Positions 39,501-48,212 of a DNA stretch of 64,000 nt are shown in pieces. Origin of the DNA: an uncultured Actinomycetota bacterium (GTDB lineage: Bacteria; Actinomycetota; Actinomycetes; JAFAQI01); the NCBI GenBank assembly GCA_963835405.1, contig CAWIFV010000009.1, forward strand, positions 221,221-285,220. Reading direction: 5' to 3'. A program made the translations under genes and the position numbers. Position 1 is the first letter of the stretch. Every line of letters starts with the position of its first letter. The notes beneath the pieces are model-generated. The model had not been told where the DNA came from and searched no databases. It worked only from the letters and a program-made list of their open reading frames with translations.

Positions 39501-40487
39501 TCAGGCAGAGACGCGCTCGCACAGGCGAAGCGTCGGGACAGGCAGCGTTGCGGCGGTTCGGCCGGCGAGCACGGCCTCGACGGCGTCGGCAACCGCAACC
39601 GCAAACTCTCCGAAGTCGCCGGCGACCGTGGTCAGCGCGGGTGTGACGACCCGGCCGAGTGGCTCGTCGTCCGCGCCGATCACCGCGACGTCATCCGGCA
39701 CGCGAACGCCCCGCGCCTGCAGCGCCGTCATCACGGCGATCGCCCAGCTGTCGTTGTACGCCGCGACCGCGTCCGGTGGTGTCGCCCAGCTGGCGACGAG
39801 GTCGGCGACCTCGAGTAGGTCGATCCTCACGATCTCGAGTCGCGCACCGGCCATCACTGCCTCACGCTGGGCCTCGGCGAGCAGGCTCTTCTCGGTGCGC
39901 GCGTCGACCGGTAGGGCGCGCGGGAACAGGCAGACGATCCGTCGGTGGCCGCGGGAGCTGAGGAACCGTAGTTGCGCAAGGCGCTGCTCGCGCGCGAAGA
40001 CGTCACCGCTACTCTCCCAGGGCTTCTCGTTCGGCAGGGCCGTGGACAGCACCGGAATGCCGCGTGAGCGCAACCGCATGAGCGCCTGGTCATCGTGGTG
40101 CAGTACGAGGTCGAGAACGGCGGCCGGCGCGAGCTCGGCCCATGCGTCAGCCTGAAGGACGGGGTCGTCATGCACCGTCATGTCGCGAACCAGTGCGAGC
40201 CCACGGGGTGCGAGCGCCTCCATGCAGGCATCGATGAGCGAGGTCAGGACGTGGTTCATCTCGATTCGCGGCAGGGGGAACAGCACGATATTGCTCCGGC
40301 CGCGCTTGAGCGACCGCGCGAGGGCGTTGGGCTGGTAGCCAAGCTCCCGTGCGACGCGCAACACGGTCTGACGTGTCTCTGGTGAGAGCACCCGACCCGG
40401 GGCGTCGTTCAGCACGTAGCTGACGGTCGCGCGCGACACACCCGCCGCGCGGGCGACGTCGGCGCTGGTGACAGACATGAACCCCAA
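39501..40487 (-). CDS. LacI-family transcriptional regulator
   Basis: It has an N-terminal HTH (TSADVARAAGVSRATVSYVLN, LGYQPNALARSLK) and a sugar-binding-like C-terminal domain. Confidence 0.85.
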   Translation of the reverse strand: MGFMSVTSADVARAAGVSRATVSYVLNDAPGRVLSPETRQTVLRVARELGYQPNALARSLKRGRSNIVLFPLPRIEMNHVLTSLIDACMEALAPRGLALVRDMTVHDDPVLQADAWAELAPAAVLDLVLHHDDQALMRLRSRGIPVLSTALPNEKPWESSGDVFAREQRLAQLRFLSSRGHRRIVCLFPRALPVDARTEKSLLAEAQREAVMAGARLEIVRIDLLEVADLVASWATPPDAVAAYNDSWAIAVMTALQARGVRVPDDVAVIGADDEPLGRVVTPALTTVAGDFGEFAVAVADAVEAVLAGRTAATLPVPTLRLCERVSA

Positions 40488-40539
40488 GAAGCGGCGAAGG
40501 AGCGTTGCCAGAACGTCGGACAGACTCTATCTTGCCAGG

Positions 40540-40551
40540 TTACACGAGTAA
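40540..40551. promoter_or_regulatory. CG-centred 12-bp near-palindrome TTACACGAGTAA, candidate LacI operator
   Basis: It lies between the divergent LacI gene and the esterase operon, 17 nt upstream of GTG 40568. Five of six pairs are complementary. Confidence 0.3.
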
Positions 40552-40567
40552 ACAGAGGGGTCGATAC

Positions 40568-41482
40568 GTGTCGCATCCGCTGCCGGAGATCGCTGACCTG
40601 CTAGCCGAGGTGAGTGCTCAGCCGCTGCCCCCGCCCAACCTCTCCGTGGCCGAGCTCAGGGCGGTCTGCGACGAAGGGGTGCTCCGGCACCACCGCCTCG
40701 TCCGCGACCGCGGTCCGCTTCATGCCGTCCACGAGCTGGTCTCACCCGGCGGTGTCCCCGTCCGGCTCTACCTTCCGACCGACCAGTCCGGCCCGCTCCA
40801 CATCCACCTTCACGGTGGAGGTTGGTGGATGGGCAGCATCGTGACAGCCGACCCGATGGCGCGCGAGCTTGCCCATGGGCTCGGAATGGCCGTGCTCTCC
40901 GTCGACTACCGGTTGGCGCCCGAGCACCCGTGGCCGGCGGCGCCCGAGGACGTCTACGAGGTCCTCGCCTGGATGGCTCAGTCCTACGACAGCATCTCTA
41001 TCGGAGGCGAGTCTGCGGGAGCCAACCTCGCGGCAGTGGTCGCGCTCATGGCCCGCGACCGCGGGGGCCCCCGCATTGTCGCGCAGTGGCTCGACGTCCC
41101 CGCCGTCGACCTCGGGCGGTGGGAGGACAGGAGCATGGCGCAGTACGGCACCGGCTACGGCATCGAAGCCGCGCAACTCCAGGCGATCGTGAGCTGGTAC
41201 AGCGAGGACACCGACCACCCGTACGTCAGCCCGCTAAGGGCCGACCTCACTCATCTCCCACCGGCGATCATCACGGCCGCCGAATTCGACCCGCTGCGCG
41301 ACCAGGCGGAGGCCTATGCGACTGCCCTCCGCGAGGCCGGTGTGCCGATGCAGCTCATCCGCGCTGAAGGACACATCCACGCCAGCACCTGGTTCACCGC
41401 GCTCACGGAGAGCGCGGCGGCCTGGCACGACGAAATCGTCGCGCTGCTGGCGCGGCACCACGCGCTGGAGCCGACGGCGTGA
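40568..41482 (+). CDS. alpha/beta hydrolase, HSL-type esterase
   Basis: It carries HGGGW, YRLAPE and GESAGA motifs. GTG 40568 has an AGAGGGG Shine-Dalgarno sequence; the ORF is open from 40505. Confidence 0.75.
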   Translation: MSHPLPEIADLLAEVSAQPLPPPNLSVAELRAVCDEGVLRHHRLVRDRGPLHAVHELVSPGGVPVRLYLPTDQSGPLHIHLHGGGWWMGSIVTADPMARELAHGLGMAVLSVDYRLAPEHPWPAAPEDVYEVLAWMAQSYDSISIGGESAGANLAAVVALMARDRGGPRIVAQWLDVPAVDLGRWEDRSMAQYGTGYGIEAAQLQAIVSWYSEDTDHPYVSPLRADLTHLPPAIITAAEFDPLRDQAEAYATALREAGVPMQLIRAEGHIHASTWFTALTESAAAWHDEIVALLARHHALEPTA

Positions 41483-42966
41483 AGCGCCTCATCCTGCTCC
41501 TCGCCGCCGCCCTTGTGAGCACGGCCTGCGGCAGCACCGTCCAGACGCAGGGCCAGGTCACGACGAGCGGCGACAGCCTCTCCCCCGGCACGCAGCAGCT
41601 CCAGGGAGCCACCGGCTTGGAGAGCCCAGCGATGGGCAGCGGTCCCACCACAACAACCGGGAGTACGCCGGGGAACGTCACCGCCCCGAGGCGAGCGGGA
41701 GACCCCGGCGTCGCGGCGCGACCAGCGGCGACGGTGAAACCCGTATCGGCGCAGGGCGCGCCGATCGGGAAGACCGACCCGATTCAGATCGGCTTCGTGA
41801 CGACGAGCGTCGGCAACGCCGAGGCATTCGGCGTCAACGCGGGCCAGTCCTACACCGACAAGTCGATGTTCCAGGCCATGGTCGCCGAGTACAACGCCCA
41901 TGGCGGGGTCGCCGGGCACCGCATCGTGCCGGTCTATGGCGCGACCGACACGGCCAGCAGCGACTGGTCGACCCAGTTCCAGGCAGTCTGTGCAAAGTTC
42001 ACGCAGGACAACCACGTGCAGGTCGTCATCGGCTACATCTTCGTGTTCTTGCCGTCGTTCGAGCGCTGCCTCGCCAACGCCGGTGTGCCACATCTTTACG
42101 CGGGCTACCAGCCAGGAGACGTGATCGACCAGCAGCAGTTCCCGACCATGGTCTCGACCGCGCACCCGACCGTGGACGGATTCGACCTGACCGCGCTCGA
42201 GGGTGCCCTGCGCACCGGCCTGCTCACGAAGTCGACGAAGCTCGGCATGATCATCGACACCTGCGCCGACGGTGACCGGGCATACCGGCGCTCTGTCGAG
42301 CCCTGGTTGAAGGCTCACGCCATCAACTACATGACATTCATCGGAGACTGCGCGCGCGGCGCCACCGATGCGTCCTCCGCCTCGTCCGCGATCAGCAGTG
42401 CCGAGCTCCAGTTCTCGACGTCCGGCGTCAACCTCGTTTTTGGTAACGCGGTCGAGCTGCTCCTCTTCATGAACGACGCGCAGACTCAGGGGTACAGGCC
42501 GGAGTACCTCACGGCCAGCGGCGGCGGCGCACTCCAGGCCAGCGGTGCAGCACCCACCAGCCAGATGCAGCATCTACACGGCTTCGGCTGGACGCCCGCG
42601 ATCGACGTCGACCTTCAGCACCAACCCACATCCCCTAGCCCTTCCCAGAAGACCTGCGTGGCCAGGCTGAAGCATCACGGTCTCCAACCGAAGGCTTACA
42701 ACGACTTCATGGCGGCCTACGCGACGTGCGACGGGCTCGACCTCTACTCGCGAGCGCTCGCGGCCGGCGCAACGACCCCGCGGCCAGTTGTGGACGCGGT
42801 CCTCGCCGCGCAAGCCCATCTCGCCGGCGCGCTCACCTACGGCGGGCGACTGCGCGCCGGCCCCCATCAGCGCGGTGGACCTCGCCTCTACCGCGAGTAC
42901 GGATGGACCGACTCCTGCAAGTGCCTGACCTACCGAGGCGGCGTCTACCCGCTCCCGACCCCGTAA
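41479..42966 (+). CDS. binding-protein-like lipoprotein (paralog family, copy 4), intact
   Basis: It has a lipobox (LVSTACG) and a body alignable with the other copies (AVCAKFTQDNHVQVVIG, FERCLANAGVPHL). The tail is WTDSCKCLTYRGGVYPLPTP. The GTGA start overlaps the esterase stop. Confidence 0.8.
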   Translation: MKRLILLLAAALVSTACGSTVQTQGQVTTSGDSLSPGTQQLQGATGLESPAMGSGPTTTTGSTPGNVTAPRRAGDPGVAARPAATVKPVSAQGAPIGKTDPIQIGFVTTSVGNAEAFGVNAGQSYTDKSMFQAMVAEYNAHGGVAGHRIVPVYGATDTASSDWSTQFQAVCAKFTQDNHVQVVIGYIFVFLPSFERCLANAGVPHLYAGYQPGDVIDQQQFPTMVSTAHPTVDGFDLTALEGALRTGLLTKSTKLGMIIDTCADGDRAYRRSVEPWLKAHAINYMTFIGDCARGATDASSASSAISSAELQFSTSGVNLVFGNAVELLLFMNDAQTQGYRPEYLTASGGGALQASGAAPTSQMQHLHGFGWTPAIDVDLQHQPTSPSPSQKTCVARLKHHGLQPKAYNDFMAAYATCDGLDLYSRALAAGATTPRPVVDAVLAAQAHLAGALTYGGRLRAGPHQRGGPRLYREYGWTDSCKCLTYRGGVYPLPTP

Positions 42967-42976
42967 GAGGCGCTTC

Positions 42977-43930
42977 GTGGCTCTCAACTGGAAGGTCCGC
43001 ACGTCCTTCGCTCTCATGCGCTCACTCGCCGTCGTGGGTCTTGCGCCCACCGCGGAAAAGGCGCTGAAGCTGCCGATGGACAAGCGGCTTGCCATGGGTC
43101 CGGCGAAATGGCTCGTGGGCCGGGTGCCGGAGGTGCCGTCGTACGACGTGACGGTGCCCACTCGGGACGGAAGCGCGGTCCGGGTCCGCCTCTACCAACC
43201 CGAGAGCGCCTCGATTCCCTTGCTCTATGCGCACGGGGGCGGGTTCGCCATCGGCGGGATCGCAGCCTGTGACCACATCTGCCGTCGCCTCGCAGCCGAG
43301 GCGAACGCCGTCGTCGTGTCCGTGGAATACCGCCTCGCCCCGGAACACCCCTTCCCGGGGCCGTTGCACGACTGTGAGGATGCACTCGACTGGTTGCTGA
43401 CACGAGGCTTCGACAACCGCCGCCTTGTTGTTGCCGGAGACAGCGCCGGCGGCAACCTCGCTGCCGCTCTCGCACTACGACTGCGAGACCGGGGGACACC
43501 TCTCGCCGGTCAACTTCTGGTCTATCCCGCTCTCGATCTGACCGTCTCCGGAGCCGGCGTCCTCGGCTATCGCGGCATCGGTCTCACCGCTGCTGAGTGT
43601 CGGCTGTGCGCCGAGACCTATCTTGCCGGAGCAGACCCCACGGATCCGTACGCCTCACCCTTGTTGGCTCCCGGCCTAGCCGGCTCCGCGCCGGCCCTTG
43701 TCGTCACCGTCCGGCATGACCCGTTGCATGACGAGGGTGGAGCGTACGTCGCCCGACTCCACGAGGCAGGCGTGCCAGCAACACTTCTCGACCTAGACGA
43801 CCACGCGCACGGATCGCTGTCCGTGCCCGCGCTGTACGACGGGATCGGGCCCCTCTACCGCCGTCTGAGTGCGTTCATCCGCGACCCAGGGGTCGTCCCA
43901 AGCTCGTCGGGAAGCGGCCGGAGCCAGTAG
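42977..43930 (+). CDS. alpha/beta hydrolase, HSL-type esterase
   Basis: It carries HGGGF, YRLAPEHPFP and GDSAGGN motifs. An AAGAGG Shine-Dalgarno sequence precedes GTG 42977. Confidence 0.8.
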   Translation: MALNWKVRTSFALMRSLAVVGLAPTAEKALKLPMDKRLAMGPAKWLVGRVPEVPSYDVTVPTRDGSAVRVRLYQPESASIPLLYAHGGGFAIGGIAACDHICRRLAAEANAVVVSVEYRLAPEHPFPGPLHDCEDALDWLLTRGFDNRRLVVAGDSAGGNLAAALALRLRDRGTPLAGQLLVYPALDLTVSGAGVLGYRGIGLTAAECRLCAETYLAGADPTDPYASPLLAPGLAGSAPALVVTVRHDPLHDEGGAYVARLHEAGVPATLLDLDDHAHGSLSVPALYDGIGPLYRRLSAFIRDPGVVPSSSGSGRSQ

Positions 43931-44020
43931 TCAAGGACCCGAGCCCGACTACCCGTGGTTGACAAAGTCGCGCGTCAGCGGCGCGAACCACCCCACAGGA
44001 ATCAAGCTCGACGGGGGCGG

Positions 44021-44743
44021 CTAGGCGCTGAGCTCACGCCCTCGTCCACCGAGGCGGCCCTGAGTCACCGACAGGTCCGCGCGAGCACCGGCGCCGTGGC
44101 CGGCGACGAGGCCGCTGCCATTGCTCGCCGTCGCGCGGAACGTGCCGAGCCGGGGGAACTCCTTCTCGAACGCCGCCTCGACCCGCTCCTTCCGGTCGAC
44201 CAGCACCAGGTCGGTGCCGGGCGTCGCCGACGTCGCCGCTGCCACCGTCTCCTGCCGCACCGCGCGCAGCCGCGTACCGATGGCGGCGGCGTACCCGAAC
44301 AGGAAAGAGCGCCGGAACGCCTTGACGTCCGGTCGCCCGGCCGAGGCTGCCCGCATCGCCGTCGACGCCTGCAGCAGCAGGCTGGTGAACAGCAGCTCCA
44401 CCCTCGCGAGGTCGGCCGGAAAGCCGACGAGCGTGCACCGGCGGGGCGCGGAGTAGGAGCCGCGCCCGATCGCCACCGGGACGCCGAACGCCTTTGCGAC
44501 CTCGTCGAGCAACACGACCTTGGCGACGGTGTAGGGCGGCTCGACGGTTACCCGTCGCACGACGGGCTCCTCGCGACCGTGCCGACCGGCGTCCACGACC
44601 GCACGGTCGATGAGATGTCGGCTCATCAGCGCGGCCGCCTTGGCGGAGCACGCCTCGGCCTCGGCGGGCGGGGTCGCCGGATGCTCGGCACGGGTGAGCA
44701 GCTTGCGGACGCGGTCGAGAACACGGTCGTCGACGTCGGTCAC
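44021..44743 (-). CDS. DUF2786-like protein
   Basis: The N-terminal segment RVRKLLTRAEHPATPPAEAEACSAKAAALM matches the DUF2786 pattern known from actinobacterial proteins. Confidence 0.6.
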   Translation of the reverse strand: MTDVDDRVLDRVRKLLTRAEHPATPPAEAEACSAKAAALMSRHLIDRAVVDAGRHGREEPVVRRVTVEPPYTVAKVVLLDEVAKAFGVPVAIGRGSYSAPRRCTLVGFPADLARVELLFTSLLLQASTAMRAASAGRPDVKAFRRSFLFGYAAAIGTRLRAVRQETVAAATSATPGTDLVLVDRKERVEAAFEKEFPRLGTFRATASNGSGLVAGHGAGARADLSVTQGRLGGRGRELSA

Positions 44744-44895
44744 GGCGTTCGGTCCTTTCGGGCACGTCGGAACGGGACGTCGGGAACGATGCCGGGCAGC
44801 GCCGACAGGGGGGCAGGTCGTGGTGGCGGGGTTGTGGACGCGGCGGTGGTTGTGGATGCCGACCGCGGCCGGCTGGAGCGGCGGAGAAGACGCCG

Positions 44896-45759
44896 TCAGG
44901 CGTCCACGCCGGTCAGCAGGTCCTGGATCGGACGGTCCCGGACCGCCTCCGGGGGCCGGACGACGAACAGCTCGGCACAGTGACTGTCCAGCTCCAGCTC
45001 CGGCCCGGCGTCAAGTCCCCGCTGCTCGAGGCAGGTCACCGCCGCCTGTCGCTCGCCGTCATCGGCGAACCGGCGCTGCGGCACGCAATAACCGTCGAGG
45101 TGCTCGGTGACGAGCCCCAGGTCCTCCAGCGCCTCAGCGATGGGGTCGAAGCCGATCCAGCGCAAGCTCAGCGCCGCCACCCACGGCGGCTCGTCACCGG
45201 CCGCTTCCACCACGGTCCGCATCGTGCGGGCCCCGATGTAGCCGATGCCACCCGTCACGGTCACGAGGTCGGCGCCGGCCATCATCTGCGCCAGCTTCGG
45301 GTCGGGCGGCGCGGACTCCAGATCGGCGACGATGCCGCGGTCGAGCAGGCCGACCTTGGTCGCGTACTCCACCGCGTGAGGTGCGGCATCGAGGCCGATC
45401 GTCTCGACGGCATCGGCGCGGCGGCGCTCGGCGAACCAGTCCGCGGAGACGCGCTGCACCTCGGTCTCGTCGCTGTCGGCGCCGAACTGGGCGTACAGCG
45501 CGACCAGGTCGTCGAGGCTGATGTCGTGGTTGAGCAGGGCAGCGTTGATGCCATAGCTGCAGCAGACGTCGAGCACCGTCTTGCCCTCGCGCCCGCCCAT
45601 CTCGCCGAGCAGTCGCTCGAAGATCGGTGTGCCGTGAGCCGGCACGGCGTAGTCGAGCGATCCCAGCGTCCGGAAGTACGCCCGTGGATCCCCTTGGTCG
45701 TAGATATCGCTGAAGTCCGCTTTTTGCTCGTAGTGCTCTGGCTGACTGTCCGGATGCAC
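44896..45759 (-). CDS. class I SAM-dependent methyltransferase-like protein
   Basis: It has a motif I-like segment (KTVLDVCCSYGINAALL) and the expected overall size. The GTG 45759 start is uncertain. Confidence 0.6.
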   Translation of the reverse strand: MHPDSQPEHYEQKADFSDIYDQGDPRAYFRTLGSLDYAVPAHGTPIFERLLGEMGGREGKTVLDVCCSYGINAALLNHDISLDDLVALYAQFGADSDETEVQRVSADWFAERRRADAVETIGLDAAPHAVEYATKVGLLDRGIVADLESAPPDPKLAQMMAGADLVTVTGGIGYIGARTMRTVVEAAGDEPPWVAALSLRWIGFDPIAEALEDLGLVTEHLDGYCVPQRRFADDGERQAAVTCLEQRGLDAGPELELDSHCAELFVVRPPEAVRDRPIQDLLTGVDA

Positions 45760-45900
45760 GTGACATTCCCTTGCTCGCGGCGACCCCGTAACACTTACCA
45801 CACGGCCACATGGAGATCGCCGCCAGGTAGTGGCGCAGAGCGCCCCGCCTGCTGCCGAAATTGCCTGGCGACGTACCGACAGCGGCCCTAACCTCGCCCG

Positions 45901-47172
45901 GTGAGGCGCATCACCGAGGCGGTGGTTCCGGCGCGCCTCGGCATCGGGTTCCGCTGGCTGCTCGCCTCGTCATGGGTGTCGAACCTCGGCGACGGCATGG
46001 CCCTCGCCGCCGGCCCGCTGCTCGTCGCCTCGCAGACGCACGACCCCCGGCTCGTCGCCCTCGCCACCTTGCTCCAGCAGTTGCCGTGGCTGCTGTTCGG
46101 CCTGTTCGCCGGGGCGATCTCCGACCGGCTCGACCGGCGGCTGATCGTCGTGACGGTCGACCTCCTGCGCGCGGCGGTCCTGGCCGTGCTCGCCACGTCG
46201 ATCGTCACCGGCGCGATGAGCATCGCGCTCGTGCTCGGTGCGCTCTTCCTGCTGGGGACCGCGGAGGTCTTCGCCGACAACGCGTCCGCCACGCTCCTGC
46301 CGATGCTGGTGGCGCGCCCGGATCTCGCGCTCGCCAACGCGCGGGTCATGGCGGGCTTCGTCACCGTCAACCAGCTCGCCGGACCGCCGATCGGTGCGGC
46401 GCTGTTCGTGGCCGGGACGTCGCTGCCGTTCGTGACCCAGGCCGTGCTCGTCGCCGCCGGCGCCCTGCTCGTCTCCCGCGTGATGCTTCCCGGCCGCGAG
46501 CCGGCCGTCACGGGCGAGCGAAGGATCCGTCGGGACATCGCCGTCGGTTTCCGCTGGGTGGTCCGCCATCCGGCCGTCCGCACCCTCGTCCTGACGATCC
46601 TCATCTTCAACATCACCTTCGGTGCCGCCTGGTCGGTGCTCGTGCTCTATGCAAAGCAACGGCTCGGCATGGGCTCCGTCGGTTTCGGCCTCCTGACCAC
46701 GGCCATGGCTCTCGGAGGTCTGCTGGGGACCCTGTCCTACGGCTGGATCACCCGCCGGGTCAGCCTGGGCGACCTGATGCGCATCGGGCTGGTGATCGAG
46801 ACGTTCACGCATCTCGCGCTCGCGCTGATCACCTCACCGGCCGCCGCGCTCGCGATCTTCTTCGTGTTCGGGGCGCACGCGTTCGTCTGGGGTACGACGT
46901 CCATCACCGTGCGCCAGCGCGCGGTGCCCAGCGACCTGCAGGGCCGGGTCGGCAGCGTGAACAGCCTCGGCACGTACGGCGGCATGGTGATCGGTGCCGC
47001 TCTCGGCGGCGTCGTCGCCGGCCGGTGGGGCATCACCGCGCCGTTCTGGGTCGCCTTCGTCGGCTCGGCCGTCTTCGTCGTACTCATCTGGAAGCAGCTC
47101 TCGCACATCGCGCACGACGACGGCCCCGAGGTCCCGCGGCCCGTCCCGGTCGCAGCACCCACCGGCCGCTGA
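45901..47172 (+). CDS. MFS transporter
   Basis: The 423-aa product has about 12 hydrophobic segments and an MFS loop motif (GAISDRLDRRLI). Confidence 0.8.
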   Translation: MRRITEAVVPARLGIGFRWLLASSWVSNLGDGMALAAGPLLVASQTHDPRLVALATLLQQLPWLLFGLFAGAISDRLDRRLIVVTVDLLRAAVLAVLATSIVTGAMSIALVLGALFLLGTAEVFADNASATLLPMLVARPDLALANARVMAGFVTVNQLAGPPIGAALFVAGTSLPFVTQAVLVAAGALLVSRVMLPGREPAVTGERRIRRDIAVGFRWVVRHPAVRTLVLTILIFNITFGAAWSVLVLYAKQRLGMGSVGFGLLTTAMALGGLLGTLSYGWITRRVSLGDLMRIGLVIETFTHLALALITSPAAALAIFFVFGAHAFVWGTTSITVRQRAVPSDLQGRVGSVNSLGTYGGMVIGAALGGVVAGRWGITAPFWVAFVGSAVFVVLIWKQLSHIAHDDGPEVPRPVPVAAPTGR

Positions 47173-47205
47173 CGCCCCCGCCGGAGCCGCCGGCGCGGGC
47201 GGCCT

Positions 47206-47650
47206 ACAGCTCGCGCAGCAACCGGTCCTCGAGCGCCGGAGTGGCCCCCCGGATCCGCAGCGTGACCCGGCTGCCGTCGAGGTGCAGCGACCCGACGCAG
47301 TTGTCGAACCAGGGGCCGTCGACGACCTGCCAGTCGAGCGACGGTTCGGACACGTTCGCCCCGCGGGCCAGCCCGGCTGGTGCACATCGCCGGAGAACAC
47401 GACGATCGTCGGACGCAACTCATGCAACGACCTTGACCTTCTTGATCCGCTCGAGCTCCGCAGCCTCGAAGAGGCGCTGGCCTGGTGTGGCCAGCGGATC
47501 GCCCGCGACCTCAGCGCCGCAGAGGCCGATGCGATCCAGCGCTTCGAGCACTCAACCGCGCGCAGGTCACGCGCGCTCGCGCGAGGGGGTGCCGAATTTA
47601 CCGCTCTTACCGGGGCGGGGTCCCGAGGATTCAGGGTGCCCTCGACTCGA
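47206..47650 (-). pseudogene. degraded gene remnant, possibly the C-terminal part of a PhoD-like/metallophosphoesterase
   Basis: Protein-like translation is obtained only by alternating two frames: RDLRAVE / VLEALDRIGLCGAEV...ERIKKVKVV / HELRPTIVVFSGDVH / AGLARGANVSEPSLDWQVVDGPWFDNCVGSLHLDGSRVTLRIRG...REL-stop. The family assignment is weak. Confidence 0.3.
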
Positions 47651-48212
47651 TCTTCTCGGCCTGAAGATCAATTCCAGGCGCGATCACTTTCATCGTGTAC
47701 TTGAGCGGCACCCGCAGGGTGTAGTCGCGGCTACCCGCTGTGTAGTTGACGAGCAATGCTCGGAAGCTAGCTTCGCCCAACGAGATCGGCTTCACCTCTA
47801 CCGCAAACACGAATCGCGGCAGAGTATGCCCATCCAGGGTGACCCCCGCGAGCCCTTGCCACGGAGTTTGCGGAAATCGAGCCTGTACATCACCCGCTGC
47901 AATGATCGGGAAGACGGCGTGCTTCGGCTTGAGATCCGCCGCCAACGAACGATTCAGCACCAGATTTGAGGCGCCCAGAAGGCGCACGCTCCTCAACGTG
48001 ACCGGTGTGGCGCCAACGGAGGAGAGGGGGCCGAATCCCACGGCGTACACCGAGGCCAGGTGACCACGCGAGTACTCGCGTGCCCCCTGGTCCGGTGCTC
48101 GCAAAGGACCGGTGCCTCCGCTCAAAGGACGGCCAATGAGCATTAGCGCAATTGCTGCGGCGGCTGCGGCGGCCACGACCGCCGCCGCGGCCGCACCTCT
48201 TTTCCTGCTCAA
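47631..48212 (-). CDS. membrane-anchored or secreted protein of unknown function (AT-richer islet)
   Basis: The proposed TTG 48212 start overlaps the upstream TGA (TTGA). The N-terminus SRKRG plus an Ala-rich hydrophobic helix resembles a signal anchor. The ORF is open to 48260. Confidence 0.5.
   Translation of the reverse strand: MSRKRGAAAAAVVAAAAAAAIALMLIGRPLSGGTGPLRAPDQGAREYSRGHLASVYAVGFGPLSSVGATPVTLRSVRLLGASNLVLNRSLAADLKPKHAVFPIIAAGDVQARFPQTPWQGLAGVTLDGHTLPRFVFAVEVKPISLGEASFRALLVNYTAGSRDYTLRVPLKYTMKVIAPGIDLQAEKIESRAP

Noticed and set aside
43968-43986. A 6-bp stem hairpin (TCGCGC gtcagcg GCGCGA) between the convergent esterase and DUF2786 genes, considered as a bidirectional terminator.
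   Set aside because: The stem is short and no U-tract follows on either strand. The support is weak.
48140-48200. A GCN-rich repetitive stretch (GCGGCGGCTGCGGCGGCC...).
   Set aside because: It is the reverse complement of the Ala-run signal anchor (AAAAAVVAAAAAAA) of the small islet protein, so it is coding low complexity.
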